DNA of 64,000 nt from an uncultured Acidobacteriota bacterium. Lineage in GTDB: Bacteria > Acidobacteriota > Thermoanaerobaculia > Multivoradales > JAHEKO01. Positions within the stretch are counted from its first letter, which is position 1; the number at the start of each line of letters is the position of its first letter. The position numbers and the translations under genes are program-made. Below are positions 47,721-56,945 of the stretch, piece by piece. The notes beneath the pieces are model-generated. The model was not told the origin of the DNA. It was given only the letters and a program-made list of their open reading frames with translations, and did no database searches. The stretch covers positions 553,794-617,793 of the forward strand of contig CAVQNG010000003.1 of assembly GCA_963713825.1 (NCBI GenBank), read 5' to 3'.

Positions 47721-48629
47721 ATGAGAAACCTCCGAAGATCCGTGTCTCTGTCGACTCTGGCCCTAGTAGTAGCCCTGGTCTTCCCAGGCCTCGCCACGGC
47801 GGGTCACTACTACGAGGCCGTCACCACCAGCGATACCGGCCAAAAGAAGAAGCAGCAGGATGTGATGCAAGTGCGAGCCTGGGTGGACGGTGAGGCCGCC
47901 AAGGTGGAATTCGTGACCGGCGAGAAAGAGGGGCCCTTCTCTGCGGGCTCCTACCTGGTCACCAAGGACGGTGGTGAAACGGTCTACCTCGTCAACCCGA
48001 AAGACGAGACCTACGGCTCCTTCGATATGGAAGCGATGATGGCCGCCGCTGGTCAGGCCATGAACGCTCTGAGCCAAACAGGCGGCATGGTGAAGATGGA
48101 GTTCACCAACGTCTCCAGCGAAATGCTCTCCGAGGAGGCCGGCGGCAACGTGCTCGGCCATGACACAACCCACTACCGCTGGCAGAGCGGCTACACCATG
48201 CGCATGAAGATGATGGGCTTCAAACAGGAGAACCGGGTCGACACGATCCAGGATGTCTGGAGCACCGATGCTCTGGATGCCAGAGGTTTCGGCGTCTGGA
48301 TGCGGCCGGACCGAGCCTTGAGAACCGGCAATGAGGAGTTCGACAAGCTCATCAGCTCCCAGGTCGCAACGGTCAAGGGCTTCCCGCTGAAGACGGTCAA
48401 CGTCTCGACCACGACCGGCAAAAAGGGCAAGTCGATGCAGACCACCTCGACCACCGAGGTGACCACACTGCGTGAGGAGTCCATCCCGGGCTCGACTTTC
48501 GGCTGGCCCGACCACTACACCGAGGTCGAGATCCTCCCCCAGATGCCCCAGGGCTCCGATCAGCAGGGCGAGACCCAGGACGATGGCAAGAAGAAAGGAC
48601 TCAAGGGCCTCTTCAAGCCGGGTGGTTGA
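47721..48629 (+). CDS. Secreted hypothetical protein
   Basis: I take the start at MRNLRRSVSLSTLALVVALVFPGLATA (ATG 47721 after GAAGGAGA). No confident family assignment. Confidence 0.55.
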   Translation: MRNLRRSVSLSTLALVVALVFPGLATAGHYYEAVTTSDTGQKKKQQDVMQVRAWVDGEAAKVEFVTGEKEGPFSAGSYLVTKDGGETVYLVNPKDETYGSFDMEAMMAAAGQAMNALSQTGGMVKMEFTNVSSEMLSEEAGGNVLGHDTTHYRWQSGYTMRMKMMGFKQENRVDTIQDVWSTDALDARGFGVWMRPDRALRTGNEEFDKLISSQVATVKGFPLKTVNVSTTTGKKGKSMQTTSTTEVTTLREESIPGSTFGWPDHYTEVEILPQMPQGSDQQGETQDDGKKKGLKGLFKPGG

Positions 48630-48779
48630 TCGGAAAGGAACCACCTCATGATTCGACGAACTCTGGCCTGTGAGCTCTGCCCCCAGTTCGCCGACGTCAT
48701 CCTGCAAGAGTCAGGGCCGGCTCCGGCTCCAGTGGTAGAGTCTCCGGGCATCTCACGAACTCGAGACAGGAACGAGCCC

Positions 48780-49937
48780 ATGAAGCCGCCGCGCTCCATC
48801 ACTCTGCTTGTCGTTGCCGTGCTTTTCGGCGCGGTGTCGGCCCAGGCCCAGTTCAACCTCAACAAGCTGAAGAAAGCTGCCGAAACAGCGCTCGACGTGG
48901 CTGATACGGTGGACGACTTCACCTTTTCCGAAGCTGAGGAAGTCGAACTGGGACTGGCTATCAGTAACCGGATTCGAGCTCGATATGGTGTGGCCCAGGA
49001 CCCCGAGGTGACGCGCTACATGAGCCTGGTTGGCGCCACGGTAGCGCAGAAGAGTGGACGGCCCTCCATTCCCTGGCAGTGGATCGTCCTCAATTCCAAC
49101 ATCGTCAACGCCTTCGCTGCTCCGGGCGGCTATGTCCACGTCACCCGCGGTGCGTTGGCGGTGATCGAGAGCGAAGCGGAGCTCGCCGGGGTACTGGCCC
49201 ACGAGGCGGCTCATGTCACCCGCAAGCACACGCTGAAAGCCCTGCAGAAGTCCATGGGAATGGATCTGGCCCAGAATCAGGCCTCGTTCACCGTGGGCTC
49301 GGCTCTGTTCGAAGCGGCCGCGGACCAGGCAGCCAAGGCGGTGCTGGCTGGCTTCGGCCAGGCCGAGGAGTTGGAGGCTGACCAGGTAGGCATCGAGATC
49401 GCCGCCCGGGTCGGATATCAGGCAGCTGGCTTGAGCAACTTCCTGGGCTCCTTGAATACGCTAACCTCTGGATCTTCTTCGAGCTCTGCGCTCTTCCGCT
49501 CCCATCCCGAAACCGACGAGCGGATCAAGAAGCTCGACAAGACGATCCGGCAGGATCACCTTGACGGTGGGGTTTGGCTGGCGGAGCGCTACGCTGCCGA
49601 GGTGACCTACGAGGTGGCGACAGCAAGCACAGGCGGACCCGGAGTCGCGGGGGGAAGGGGCGTAGCCGGCGCGAGCGAAGGCGATGCACCCGCAGAGGAC
49701 GAGGTTGCAGAAGAGGAAGAAGAGGATAAGGCTGGGTTCTCGCTCGCCAAGCTCGCCAATCCCTTCGCCATGGGTGAGGAAGAGAGCTCTGCAGAGGTAA
49801 CGGGTGCCGGAGCGGGACGGGCCGTGGGTGAAGAAGCTGGAGAGGCAGAAGGCGGTGTCAAGAACACCGAGATCGTCGAGATCCAGCTGACACCCGAGGA
49901 GCTCGCGACCTTCCAGAAAGAGGGCGGCCTGAAGTAG
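48780..49937 (+). CDS. M48-family zinc metallopeptidase with acidic C-terminal tail
   Basis: I take the start at MKPPRSITLLVVAVLFGAVSAQA. Has HExxH in LAHEAAHVTRKH, a downstream EELEADQVG and FRSHPETDERI. Confidence 0.75.
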   Translation: MKPPRSITLLVVAVLFGAVSAQAQFNLNKLKKAAETALDVADTVDDFTFSEAEEVELGLAISNRIRARYGVAQDPEVTRYMSLVGATVAQKSGRPSIPWQWIVLNSNIVNAFAAPGGYVHVTRGALAVIESEAELAGVLAHEAAHVTRKHTLKALQKSMGMDLAQNQASFTVGSALFEAAADQAAKAVLAGFGQAEELEADQVGIEIAARVGYQAAGLSNFLGSLNTLTSGSSSSSALFRSHPETDERIKKLDKTIRQDHLDGGVWLAERYAAEVTYEVATASTGGPGVAGGRGVAGASEGDAPAEDEVAEEEEEDKAGFSLAKLANPFAMGEEESSAEVTGAGAGRAVGEEAGEAEGGVKNTEIVEIQLTPEELATFQKEGGLK

Positions 49938-49946
49938 GGTCCCTCT

Positions 49947-51872
49947 GTGAAGAGGCCATCCAAGCGGTCCGCTCTCGTAGCTCTCGCACTGACCTGTGCC
50001 CTGCTTGGCCTACTTGCGAGCCAGACCACCTTTCTCCGCACACTGGAGCTCAAGACTCTCGACCTGCGGTTCCGCCTTTTGGGCGATCAGGGCGTGGCTT
50101 CGATCGATATCGTCCTCGTCGCCATTGACGACGCCAGTCTCAAGACTCTCGAGCCGGCGGTGGGTCGGTGGCCATGGCCAAGGGAGGCTCACTCCGTCCT
50201 GCTGAGCTACCTGAATCGTGCAGGCGCTCGCCTGGTGGTCTTCGACCTTCTTTTCCTCGAACGCGATCTGCAGAACCCCGGGAGCGATGAAGCCTTCGGT
50301 GAGGCAACCACACTGTCAGGCAATGTTGTCCATTCCATCCACCTCGGCAATCAACAGACTTCTGAAGCCCCACCAGACCTGTTGACCAGCACTTCGATCC
50401 CCTCTGTCGGCAGCTTCGACCAATTCGCTGGCGCCGACTTTCCTCTGCAGCCGATCGCGCGGGGAGCCCAAGGCCTGGGTCACGTTGCGATGACCTTGGA
50501 CCAGGACGGCCCCTGGCGACGTTACCTGCTGCTCGCGGCTCACAACGGTCGGCTGCTGCCATCCCTCGGACTGAGCAGCGCTCTTGCCAGCGAGGGAACC
50601 GAGCTCGGGTCACTCGCTTTCGATGAGCGTCAGGTCCGCGTCGGCGATGCCGAGATTCCTCTCGACAGAGACTGGCGCCTGCCCATTTGGTTCAACGGCG
50701 GTCCCGGTACCTATGCAAAGTACCCTTACGGCCAGCTCTTCTACTCTGAGCTGCAGCTGCGCGAAGATCAGGAACCAGGCCTCGATCCGTCTCTCTTCGC
50801 CGACAAGATCGTCATTGTCGGGCTCTCCGCAGCGGGCCTGCACGACATCTTCACAACTCCCTACAGCGGAGGCAAAGGTGAGCCGGGCGAGGGTCTCGGG
50901 AAGATGAACGGCTTCGAGATCCACGCCAATGTGATCGACGATCTTCTGCACCAGCGCTTCCTGCGACAGTCCCCTCCTTGGCAACGATTGGGACTGGTCC
51001 TATTGGTGGCCCTGGTGACCGTCGGCCTGACCCTGTACACCGGTCTGGCGCCCGCACTGGCCGGCGCGGTACTGGTGCCCCTGGCCTATCTGGCCTTCGT
51101 GCAGTGGGACTTCGGCTACCGAAACCAGTTGCCAGTGGTGAGCGTGATGCTCTCCTGGGCCCTGGCGCTGACCGCGGGGCTCGTCTACCAGTACTGGGTG
51201 GAGTCGGCCGAGAAGCGCAAGGTCAAGCGGATCTTCTCCCGCTACGTCTCACCCGATGTCTACCGGGAGTTGTTGGACAATCCCGACGCTGCCTCACTCG
51301 GTGGGACTCGGCGCGAAATGAGCGTTCTCTTTTCCGACCTTCGAGGCTTCACCACGTTCTCCGAAGGACGCACACCCGAAGAGGTCATCGACCAGCTCAA
51401 TGAGTATTTCGCCGCCATGGTGGAGGTGGTCTTCGCGCATCGCGGCACGGTGGACAAGTTCGTGGGCGACATGATCATGGCTCTCTTTGGGGCTCCCCTG
51501 GAGGATGCCGAGCACGCCGACAATGCCGTGCTCTGTGCGCTGGCAATGCAACAGCGTCTGCGGGACCTCAACTTGATCTGGAGGAAAGAAGGTCGCCCCG
51601 AGCTTGCCAGCGGCATCGGTATCAATAGCGGCGAGATGGTCGCCGGCAACCTCGGTTCCGAGAGAATCCAGAGCTACACCGTGATTGGCGACAACGTGAA
51701 CCTCGGAGCCCGCATCGAGTCACTGTGCAAGGAGTTCCAGGCCGAGATCCTCACCAGCGAGTACACCGAGACCCGGCTCACCGCTGACTACGCCCTCGAG
51801 GAGCTTGGCGAAGTCACCGTCAAGGGCAAGACCCGGCCGGTACGGATCTTCCGCGTGCCACTTTCTATCTGA
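49947..51872 (+). CDS. CHASE2-sensor class III adenylate/guanylate cyclase
   Basis: 641 aa. The N-terminal CHASE2 pattern is LELKTLDLRFRL, IVLVAIDDASL, WPWPREAHSVLL and VVFDLLF. TM helices follow, then the cyclase domain MSVLFSDLRGFTTFSE...KFVGDMIMALFGAP...GINSGEMVAGNLGS...YTVIGDNVNLGARIE. Confidence 0.9.
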   Translation: MKRPSKRSALVALALTCALLGLLASQTTFLRTLELKTLDLRFRLLGDQGVASIDIVLVAIDDASLKTLEPAVGRWPWPREAHSVLLSYLNRAGARLVVFDLLFLERDLQNPGSDEAFGEATTLSGNVVHSIHLGNQQTSEAPPDLLTSTSIPSVGSFDQFAGADFPLQPIARGAQGLGHVAMTLDQDGPWRRYLLLAAHNGRLLPSLGLSSALASEGTELGSLAFDERQVRVGDAEIPLDRDWRLPIWFNGGPGTYAKYPYGQLFYSELQLREDQEPGLDPSLFADKIVIVGLSAAGLHDIFTTPYSGGKGEPGEGLGKMNGFEIHANVIDDLLHQRFLRQSPPWQRLGLVLLVALVTVGLTLYTGLAPALAGAVLVPLAYLAFVQWDFGYRNQLPVVSVMLSWALALTAGLVYQYWVESAEKRKVKRIFSRYVSPDVYRELLDNPDAASLGGTRREMSVLFSDLRGFTTFSEGRTPEEVIDQLNEYFAAMVEVVFAHRGTVDKFVGDMIMALFGAPLEDAEHADNAVLCALAMQQRLRDLNLIWRKEGRPELASGIGINSGEMVAGNLGSERIQSYTVIGDNVNLGARIESLCKEFQAEILTSEYTETRLTADYALEELGEVTVKGKTRPVRIFRVPLSI

Positions 51873-51898
51873 GCCCTACATAGCCACCAACGAGCGGA

Positions 51899-52058
51899 GG
51901 TCCGTCCGGGTGGTTCGCAGGCGGACGGCGTCGGCTACTCAGACTGCAACGGGCGGGCCGCCACCTTGTCACGTCATCGCGCCTCATCTCTTGTGTTCTG
52001 CGATGGTCCTTGCGCTGCGCTCGACGTGGCACCCCCTGTCGAACCACCCGGACGAACC
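51899..52058. repeat. MITE-like element, family R2 (copy 2, inverted relative to copies 1 and 3)
   Basis: Perfect 19-bp terminal inverted repeats: GGTCCGTCCGGGTGGTTCG (51899-51917) and CGAACCACCCGGACGAACC (52040-52058). The internal blocks are the reverse complement of those in the other copies (GCGTCGGCTACTCAG, CTTGCGCTGCGCTCGAC). Confidence 0.75.
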
Positions 52059-52078
52059 TCTGGCACCGGTGGTCGCAT

Positions 52079-52117
52079 TGAGGCAGTGGGGCACTGAAGG
52101 CGTAGGGGCTTAGGGGA
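52079..52117. repeat. R1 fragment (locus 6) abutting R2 copy 2
   Basis: TTGAGGCAGTGGGGCACTGAAGGCGTAGGGGCTTAGGGG. Confidence 0.55.
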
Positions 52118-52291
52118 CAGAAGACTCGTAGGTACAGAAGTACAAGGCCGTGCCCAGGGTTCGGCGTGGGGACCTCCAGGGGGTTCTTGCAGCGGAAGGG
52201 AGGATAGCCCCCTGGGGGCCCCACGGTGAACGCCTCCTTGGAAGAACGGTTTGGGTTGACGCACAAAAGGGCCGCAGAGGCGCCGGTCGAA

Positions 52292-53809
52292 TCAGGAAAG
52301 CGAGAAGAAGGATTGGATCTTCCGCAGAAAGGTCTTCTCATCTTCCACGGAGACTTCGGCTGCCGCTCGACTGCGGCGATCTTCCAGCGTCTCGAGGGTG
52401 TCAATGCGGCGGGCTGCCAGAGCTCGACTCAGGAGCTCGGCAATACGGGGGTCGGCTTCCAGGGTCAGGGCCAGTGCCTGCTTGGTGAGGACCAGAACAC
52501 CGCACGCATCTCTGGCGATGATCGTTGCGCTACGCGGCTCGCCAGTCAGCAGCGACATCTCGCCGAAGAAGGCTCCCTCTTCCAAGATCGCCAGGTCGAC
52601 GTGCCTGCCCTCTGCCTCGGGATCCGACTTCGTCACCCGAACGGCACCCTTCTCGACCACGAACAGGGAGTCGCCATCCTCGTCCTCTCGTACGAGGACC
52701 TCGCCCGCATCGAAGAGCTTGCGCAGTGAAGATGCGGCGAGCTGCCGTACGATCTCGTCGTCGAGCTCTCGGAAGATATCGACCCTCGAGAACAGCTCGG
52801 ATGCCTTGCGCAGTGCTTTGCTTTGCCGATGCTCCTCCATGTCGGGCGCTTCGTGCATGTGGATCGTGCGGATGGGGAAGGGAATCTCGATGCCGTGCCG
52901 CTTGAGCTGATACCAGATGCGCGAGTTGACACCATCCTTGAAGCGAGAGATGTTCGCCGCTCGCCGCGTCCATACCCGCATGAAGTACGTAATCGCGTGG
53001 TCGTCGAAGCTCTCGAGATGTACCCGCACCGGAGGGCGATCGAGTGCTCCTGGCGCAGACAGCGCCGCCTCCTGTAGGACTTCCTTGATCTCGGCTGGCG
53101 GAACTCCATAGGGAAGACCTATGCGCAGCTCGACTGCGAACGGTCTCTCTCCGGAGCCGTAATTAATCAGCCGAGACACCGAGAGATTGGCGTTCGGCTC
53201 ATAGACGTCGAGGCCCTCCTTGGTGCGCAGGTGAGTACTGCGCCAGGACATGTCCACCACCTGGGCCCGGACGCCCCCTTCGATCACCAACCAGTCACCC
53301 GGACGAAAGGGCTTCTCCAGATCGAGCGCCATGCCCGAGAAGACGTTCTTCAGCGTGTCCTGCAAAGCGAGGCCGATCACGGCGGACAGCACGGTCGAGG
53401 AGACCAGCACCGGCCCGATCGGCTGGTGCAGGATCTCGGTAACCGCGAAGAATCCGACGGCGATCAGGAGGCCCAGTCGTAAGACGTCGCGCGCCAGCTT
53501 CGGCACCAATGGTCCCTGGTCTCTGCCCCAGGGTCGTTGAAGAACCAAGGCATCCATGAAGGCATAGAGAACCAGGGTGGAGAACAACAGTGCAACGGTA
53601 GTAGCAATGCCACCGAAGGCGGATCCGAGCAGGTCGATCCCCAGGGATCGCAGAATTGCCAGCACCGCTAAGCTCAAAGCCCAGAGGTGATAGACGACAT
53701 TGAGGCTGAACCTGGGGACTTTCTTCCTCAACAGGAAGTACAGCGCCTCCAAGAACAGAAAGACTCCCGCACCAACTGCCAACGCCATCACCCACTGTCT
53801 CCAGGCCAT
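52292..53809 (-). CDS. MscS-family mechanosensitive channel fused to a C-terminal cyclic-nucleotide-binding domain (bCNG-type)
   Basis: 505 aa. The MscS core is NVFSGMALDLEKPFRPGDWLVIEGGVRAQVVDMSWRSTHLRTKEGLDVYEPN. The C-terminal cNMP domain is GEVLVREDEDGDSLFVVEKGAVRV...FFGEMSLLTGEPRSATIIA. Confidence 0.85.
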   Translation of the reverse strand: MAWRQWVMALAVGAGVFLFLEALYFLLRKKVPRFSLNVVYHLWALSLAVLAILRSLGIDLLGSAFGGIATTVALLFSTLVLYAFMDALVLQRPWGRDQGPLVPKLARDVLRLGLLIAVGFFAVTEILHQPIGPVLVSSTVLSAVIGLALQDTLKNVFSGMALDLEKPFRPGDWLVIEGGVRAQVVDMSWRSTHLRTKEGLDVYEPNANLSVSRLINYGSGERPFAVELRIGLPYGVPPAEIKEVLQEAALSAPGALDRPPVRVHLESFDDHAITYFMRVWTRRAANISRFKDGVNSRIWYQLKRHGIEIPFPIRTIHMHEAPDMEEHRQSKALRKASELFSRVDIFRELDDEIVRQLAASSLRKLFDAGEVLVREDEDGDSLFVVEKGAVRVTKSDPEAEGRHVDLAILEEGAFFGEMSLLTGEPRSATIIARDACGVLVLTKQALALTLEADPRIAELLSRALAARRIDTLETLEDRRSRAAAEVSVEDEKTFLRKIQSFFSLS

Positions 53810-53939
53810 CGTGGTCTGAGCTTACTAGAAAGGCCGACTCTCACCCGAGAGATGAAAGGCTCTGATCCGGCTGTTCAGAGATAGACTTCCCATTCAAGAG
53901 TTGAACGACCGATCGACCGGATCGAGGAGAGAAAAGCTC

Positions 53940-54344
53940 ATGAGAATCAAGCAGCCTTGGCTGGTGATTGTTCTAGCCGTCGCCCTGTTCAGCCTGACCA
54001 TCGCCTGCTCATCTACCAAGACGGTCAAGGAACGGCCCTACAAAGGCCAGGCGGGACGCACTTTCATCAACGAGGAGTCAGGGCCCGCCTACGGTCTCGT
54101 GGTGGAGCTCTCCGGGAGCGCGATCGTCGTCACGGATCCCCAGACCGGCATGGCGGGACCATTCAAGAACGTCCAGGGTAATGGCACCACGCGCCTCACC
54201 TTGAGCAATTCCTCGGCGCCTATCGCCGTCGGGGGTGAAGGGTTCAAGCTCATCTTCCGGTCTTACCCTTCCGGCCTCAAGATTCGCAGCTGGTGGTGGA
54301 TCAACCAAAAAGGCAAGCGGCTCGGTAAAAAGAAGTCTGGGTAG
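53940..54344 (+). CDS. Small lipoprotein, unknown function
   Basis: I take the start at MRIKQPWLVIVLAVALFSLTIACSS (lipobox), with GAGGAGAG upstream. Confidence 0.55.
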   Translation: MRIKQPWLVIVLAVALFSLTIACSSTKTVKERPYKGQAGRTFINEESGPAYGLVVELSGSAIVVTDPQTGMAGPFKNVQGNGTTRLTLSNSSAPIAVGGEGFKLIFRSYPSGLKIRSWWWINQKGKRLGKKKSG

Positions 54345-54355
54345 ATCATTCCGTG

Positions 54356-54505
54356 ATGTCCGTGGTGCGAGATGAGCTCGCCCGCTGGGTGGGGGCTGCG
54401 ACTGCTGTTGTCTTTCTTCTCTTCGGCAAGGGCTTGACCGACCTCGGTCGAGTGACCTGGTACGGCCTTCTGTGGGCAGCCCCTGTTGTCCTGATCTTCG
54501 CGTGA
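54356..54505 (+). CDS. Candidate 49-aa two-TM membrane peptide upstream of the SLC13 gene
   Basis: Below the ORF-track size cut-off. MSVVRDELARWVGAATAVVFLLFGKGLTDLGRVTWYGLLWAAPVVLIFA. It ends 13 nt before the transporter ATG and has no clear RBS. Confidence 0.35.
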   Translation: MSVVRDELARWVGAATAVVFLLFGKGLTDLGRVTWYGLLWAAPVVLIFA

Positions 54506-54518
54506 GAACACAGGCACC

Positions 54519-56330
54519 ATGAACGAAGTCTTCCTCATCCTGCTGGGCGCAGCGATCCTCTTCGCCAGCAACCGGGTGCGGCCCGATGTCGTGGCGCTGC
54601 TGACGGTGCTGGCGCTCATGCTGACCGAAGTCTTGACCCCGCGCGAGGCCTTGGCCGGATTCGGTGACCCCGTGATCATCGTGATCGCCGGGCTTCTCGT
54701 GGTCGGAGAGGCTCTGACCCGCACCGGAGTCGCACAGGCCATCAGTCGGTGGATCATGCGGTTTGCCGGCAGCAACGAAACTCGGATTCTCATCCTGCTG
54801 ATGGCTTCCGCGGGGCTTCTCGGGGCCGTGATGAGCTCGACAGCCGTCGTCGCGATCTTCATTCCGGTCGCTTTGGCGATTGGGCGCAAGAGCGGTGTCG
54901 CACCCTCTCGGCTGCTCATCCCGCTGAGCTATGCGTCTCTGATCAGCGGCATGCTCACGCTAATTGCCACGACACCCAATCTCGTGGCCAGCTCCGAGCT
55001 CGACAAGGCCGGATTCGAACCCTTCAACTTCTTCGATTTCACCCCGCTTGGCCTGACGGTCTTGGTATTGGGCATCGCCTATATTGTTCTGTTCGGCAGA
55101 CGCTTCCTGCCGGGTCAAGAGAGAACCCCGGTCGAGACTGTGAGGCAGGGAATGCGAGAGCTCCTCGCCGAATTCGACATTCCGGGCCAGGCCGACCGAC
55201 TGCGGATCTCTCCTCTATCGCCGCTCGTCGGCCGGACCCTCGTCGACTCGGAGATCGGGACCCGCTACGACGCCTGGATCGTCCTGCTCGAGCGAGAGGA
55301 GCGCCTGGGACGGGTCACCAAGGCTTCGCCCAGCGGTGATCTGACGCTGCGGGCCGGAGATGTGCTGGTCGTCGGTGGAGCGCAAGAGAGCATCGACCAA
55401 CTCGTCAACGAGACCGAGCTCGAGCGACTGCCCCTGGAGGATCGACATCGGCGGCGCTGGCTGCGGGATGTTGGACTGGCCATCGTTCTCGTTCACCCTG
55501 AATCCCGGATGTTGGGCAAGTCCCTGAAGAAAGGCCGGTTCCGTTCGCGATACTCACTGAATGTGCTGGCCGTCCGTCGAAAAGGCAAGATCTTGGACTC
55601 GTTCCTCGATAAGTCACTCCAAGTCGGCGACGAGCTGTTGCTGCTGGGCTCATGGGATCTCATTGGAAGACTGCAGCGATTCGGTCATGACTTCGTGCTT
55701 CTGGCCCTGCCTGCGGAGCTTCAGGAGATGGCACCAGCGAGACGCCTGGCCCCGGTTGCTCTGCTGATCCTGATCGGAATGGTTCTGCTCACCGCCCTCG
55801 AGATCGTGCCAATCGTCGTGGCGGTGATGTTGGCCGCCCTGGCCGTGGTCGCAACTCGCACACTGACGATGGAAGACGCCTACAGATCCATCCACCTGAG
55901 CAGTCTGGTTCTGGTCGCAGGCATGCTGCCGGTGGCAGATGCCCTACAGAAGACAGGCGGCGTGGATTTGGTCGTTGGTGGTCTGGTTTCGGGCCTCGGT
56001 GACTCAGGCCCCTACCTGATGCTGTCAGCGCTGTTCTGGATGACGGCTGGTCTGGGGGTGTTTCTCTCCAACACCGCTACGGCTGTGCTCATGGCTCCAA
56101 TCGCCATCGGAGCAGCCCAAGCGGTGGGGGTTTCACCCTACGCCTTCGTCATGACCATCGCGATCGCCGCATCAGCGGTCTTCATGAGCCCGTTTTCCAC
56201 GCCCGTAGTGACCCTGGTCGTGGCTCCAGGGGGCTACCGCTTCTCTGATTTTCTCAAGGTGGGGACACCATTGGTAATCCTGACGTGGCTGGTCGCCTTA
56301 CTGCTGATTCCGCTGCTCTTCCCCTTCTAG
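54519..56330 (+). CDS. SLC13/DASS-family permease with two central TrkA-C domains
   Basis: 603 aa. Hydrophobic N- and C-terminal halves flank two RCK_C-like segments (LVGRTLVDSEIGTRYDAWIVLLERE...GDVLVVGG and MLGKSLKKGRFRSRYSLNVLAVRRKG...GDELLLLG). Confidence 0.85.
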   Translation: MNEVFLILLGAAILFASNRVRPDVVALLTVLALMLTEVLTPREALAGFGDPVIIVIAGLLVVGEALTRTGVAQAISRWIMRFAGSNETRILILLMASAGLLGAVMSSTAVVAIFIPVALAIGRKSGVAPSRLLIPLSYASLISGMLTLIATTPNLVASSELDKAGFEPFNFFDFTPLGLTVLVLGIAYIVLFGRRFLPGQERTPVETVRQGMRELLAEFDIPGQADRLRISPLSPLVGRTLVDSEIGTRYDAWIVLLEREERLGRVTKASPSGDLTLRAGDVLVVGGAQESIDQLVNETELERLPLEDRHRRRWLRDVGLAIVLVHPESRMLGKSLKKGRFRSRYSLNVLAVRRKGKILDSFLDKSLQVGDELLLLGSWDLIGRLQRFGHDFVLLALPAELQEMAPARRLAPVALLILIGMVLLTALEIVPIVVAVMLAALAVVATRTLTMEDAYRSIHLSSLVLVAGMLPVADALQKTGGVDLVVGGLVSGLGDSGPYLMLSALFWMTAGLGVFLSNTATAVLMAPIAIGAAQAVGVSPYAFVMTIAIAASAVFMSPFSTPVVTLVVAPGGYRFSDFLKVGTPLVILTWLVALLLIPLLFPF

Positions 56331-56460
56331 CTAGCAACTTCTCGGCGGCCGACTGGGGGGTTCAGGCGGGGTCGGTTGGATTCGAGGAGTCAGCACCGGG
56401 CTCGGCCTCGGTGTCGTTTGGACTACATTCCTTCCGGCGACCTGCCGGATTGGGCACCCC

Positions 56461-56547
56461 TCACGTAGGCACCCCCAGGCGCGGCAGTACCACGTACTGC
56501 AGCAGGATCCAGCCCACGATGATGCCGATGAAAAGGAGATTATCCAT
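56461..56547 (-). CDS. Candidate 28-codon membrane peptide ending in TGA (possible read-through to 56362)
   Basis: Below the ORF-track size cut-off. MDNLLFIGIIVGWILLQYVVLPRLGVPT followed by TGA. AAGGA lies about 18 nt upstream, and a hairpin AACAGGC-N5-GCCTGTT lies further upstream. See the finding on the downstream hairpin. Confidence 0.3.
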   Translation of the reverse strand: MDNLLFIGIIVGWILLQYVVLPRLGVPT

Positions 56548-56710
56548 AGTTCTCGCTCTCGTCCTTCACCTTAACAGGCTGGACGCCTGTTTCATTCCAG
56601 ATACGGTCCTGGGGTCGTGAGGTCTTGGAGTCCTGCAACATGCGGGAGTAGGGACCTAGGTGAGCAGGGGGGCGAATGAGACCGCGGGTTGCTTTGGGGC
56701 AATGGACCGT

Positions 56711-56852
56711 GAGGGAGGGGGTCCCACTGCTCAAGGAAGCGGCCGGCAGAGGCGCCGGCCGCTTCTGTCCTCAAAGATCAGCCGAGGCACGCCGGCTGCC
56801 TCAACCCCAAGCCCTCAGAGAACGCCCGGCGGTGAGCCGGGCGCCTCGACCC
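56711..56852. repeat. Intergenic mosaic repeat, family R1 (locus 7)
   Basis: GAGGGAGGGGGTCCCACTGCTCAAGG, GC hairpin GCGGCCGGC-N6-GCCGGCCGC, CCTCAACCCCAAGCCCTCAGAG box and hairpin CGCCCGGC-GGTGA-GCCGGGCG (56823-56843). Confidence 0.7.
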
Positions 56853-56945
56853 TGACGACCCGAGCCGATAGCAATCGCTAGCGGTGAAATCGAATACACT
56901 TGCGCCGACTCGAAGCAGGGGCATAGCCCTCGAGGGAGGCTGACA

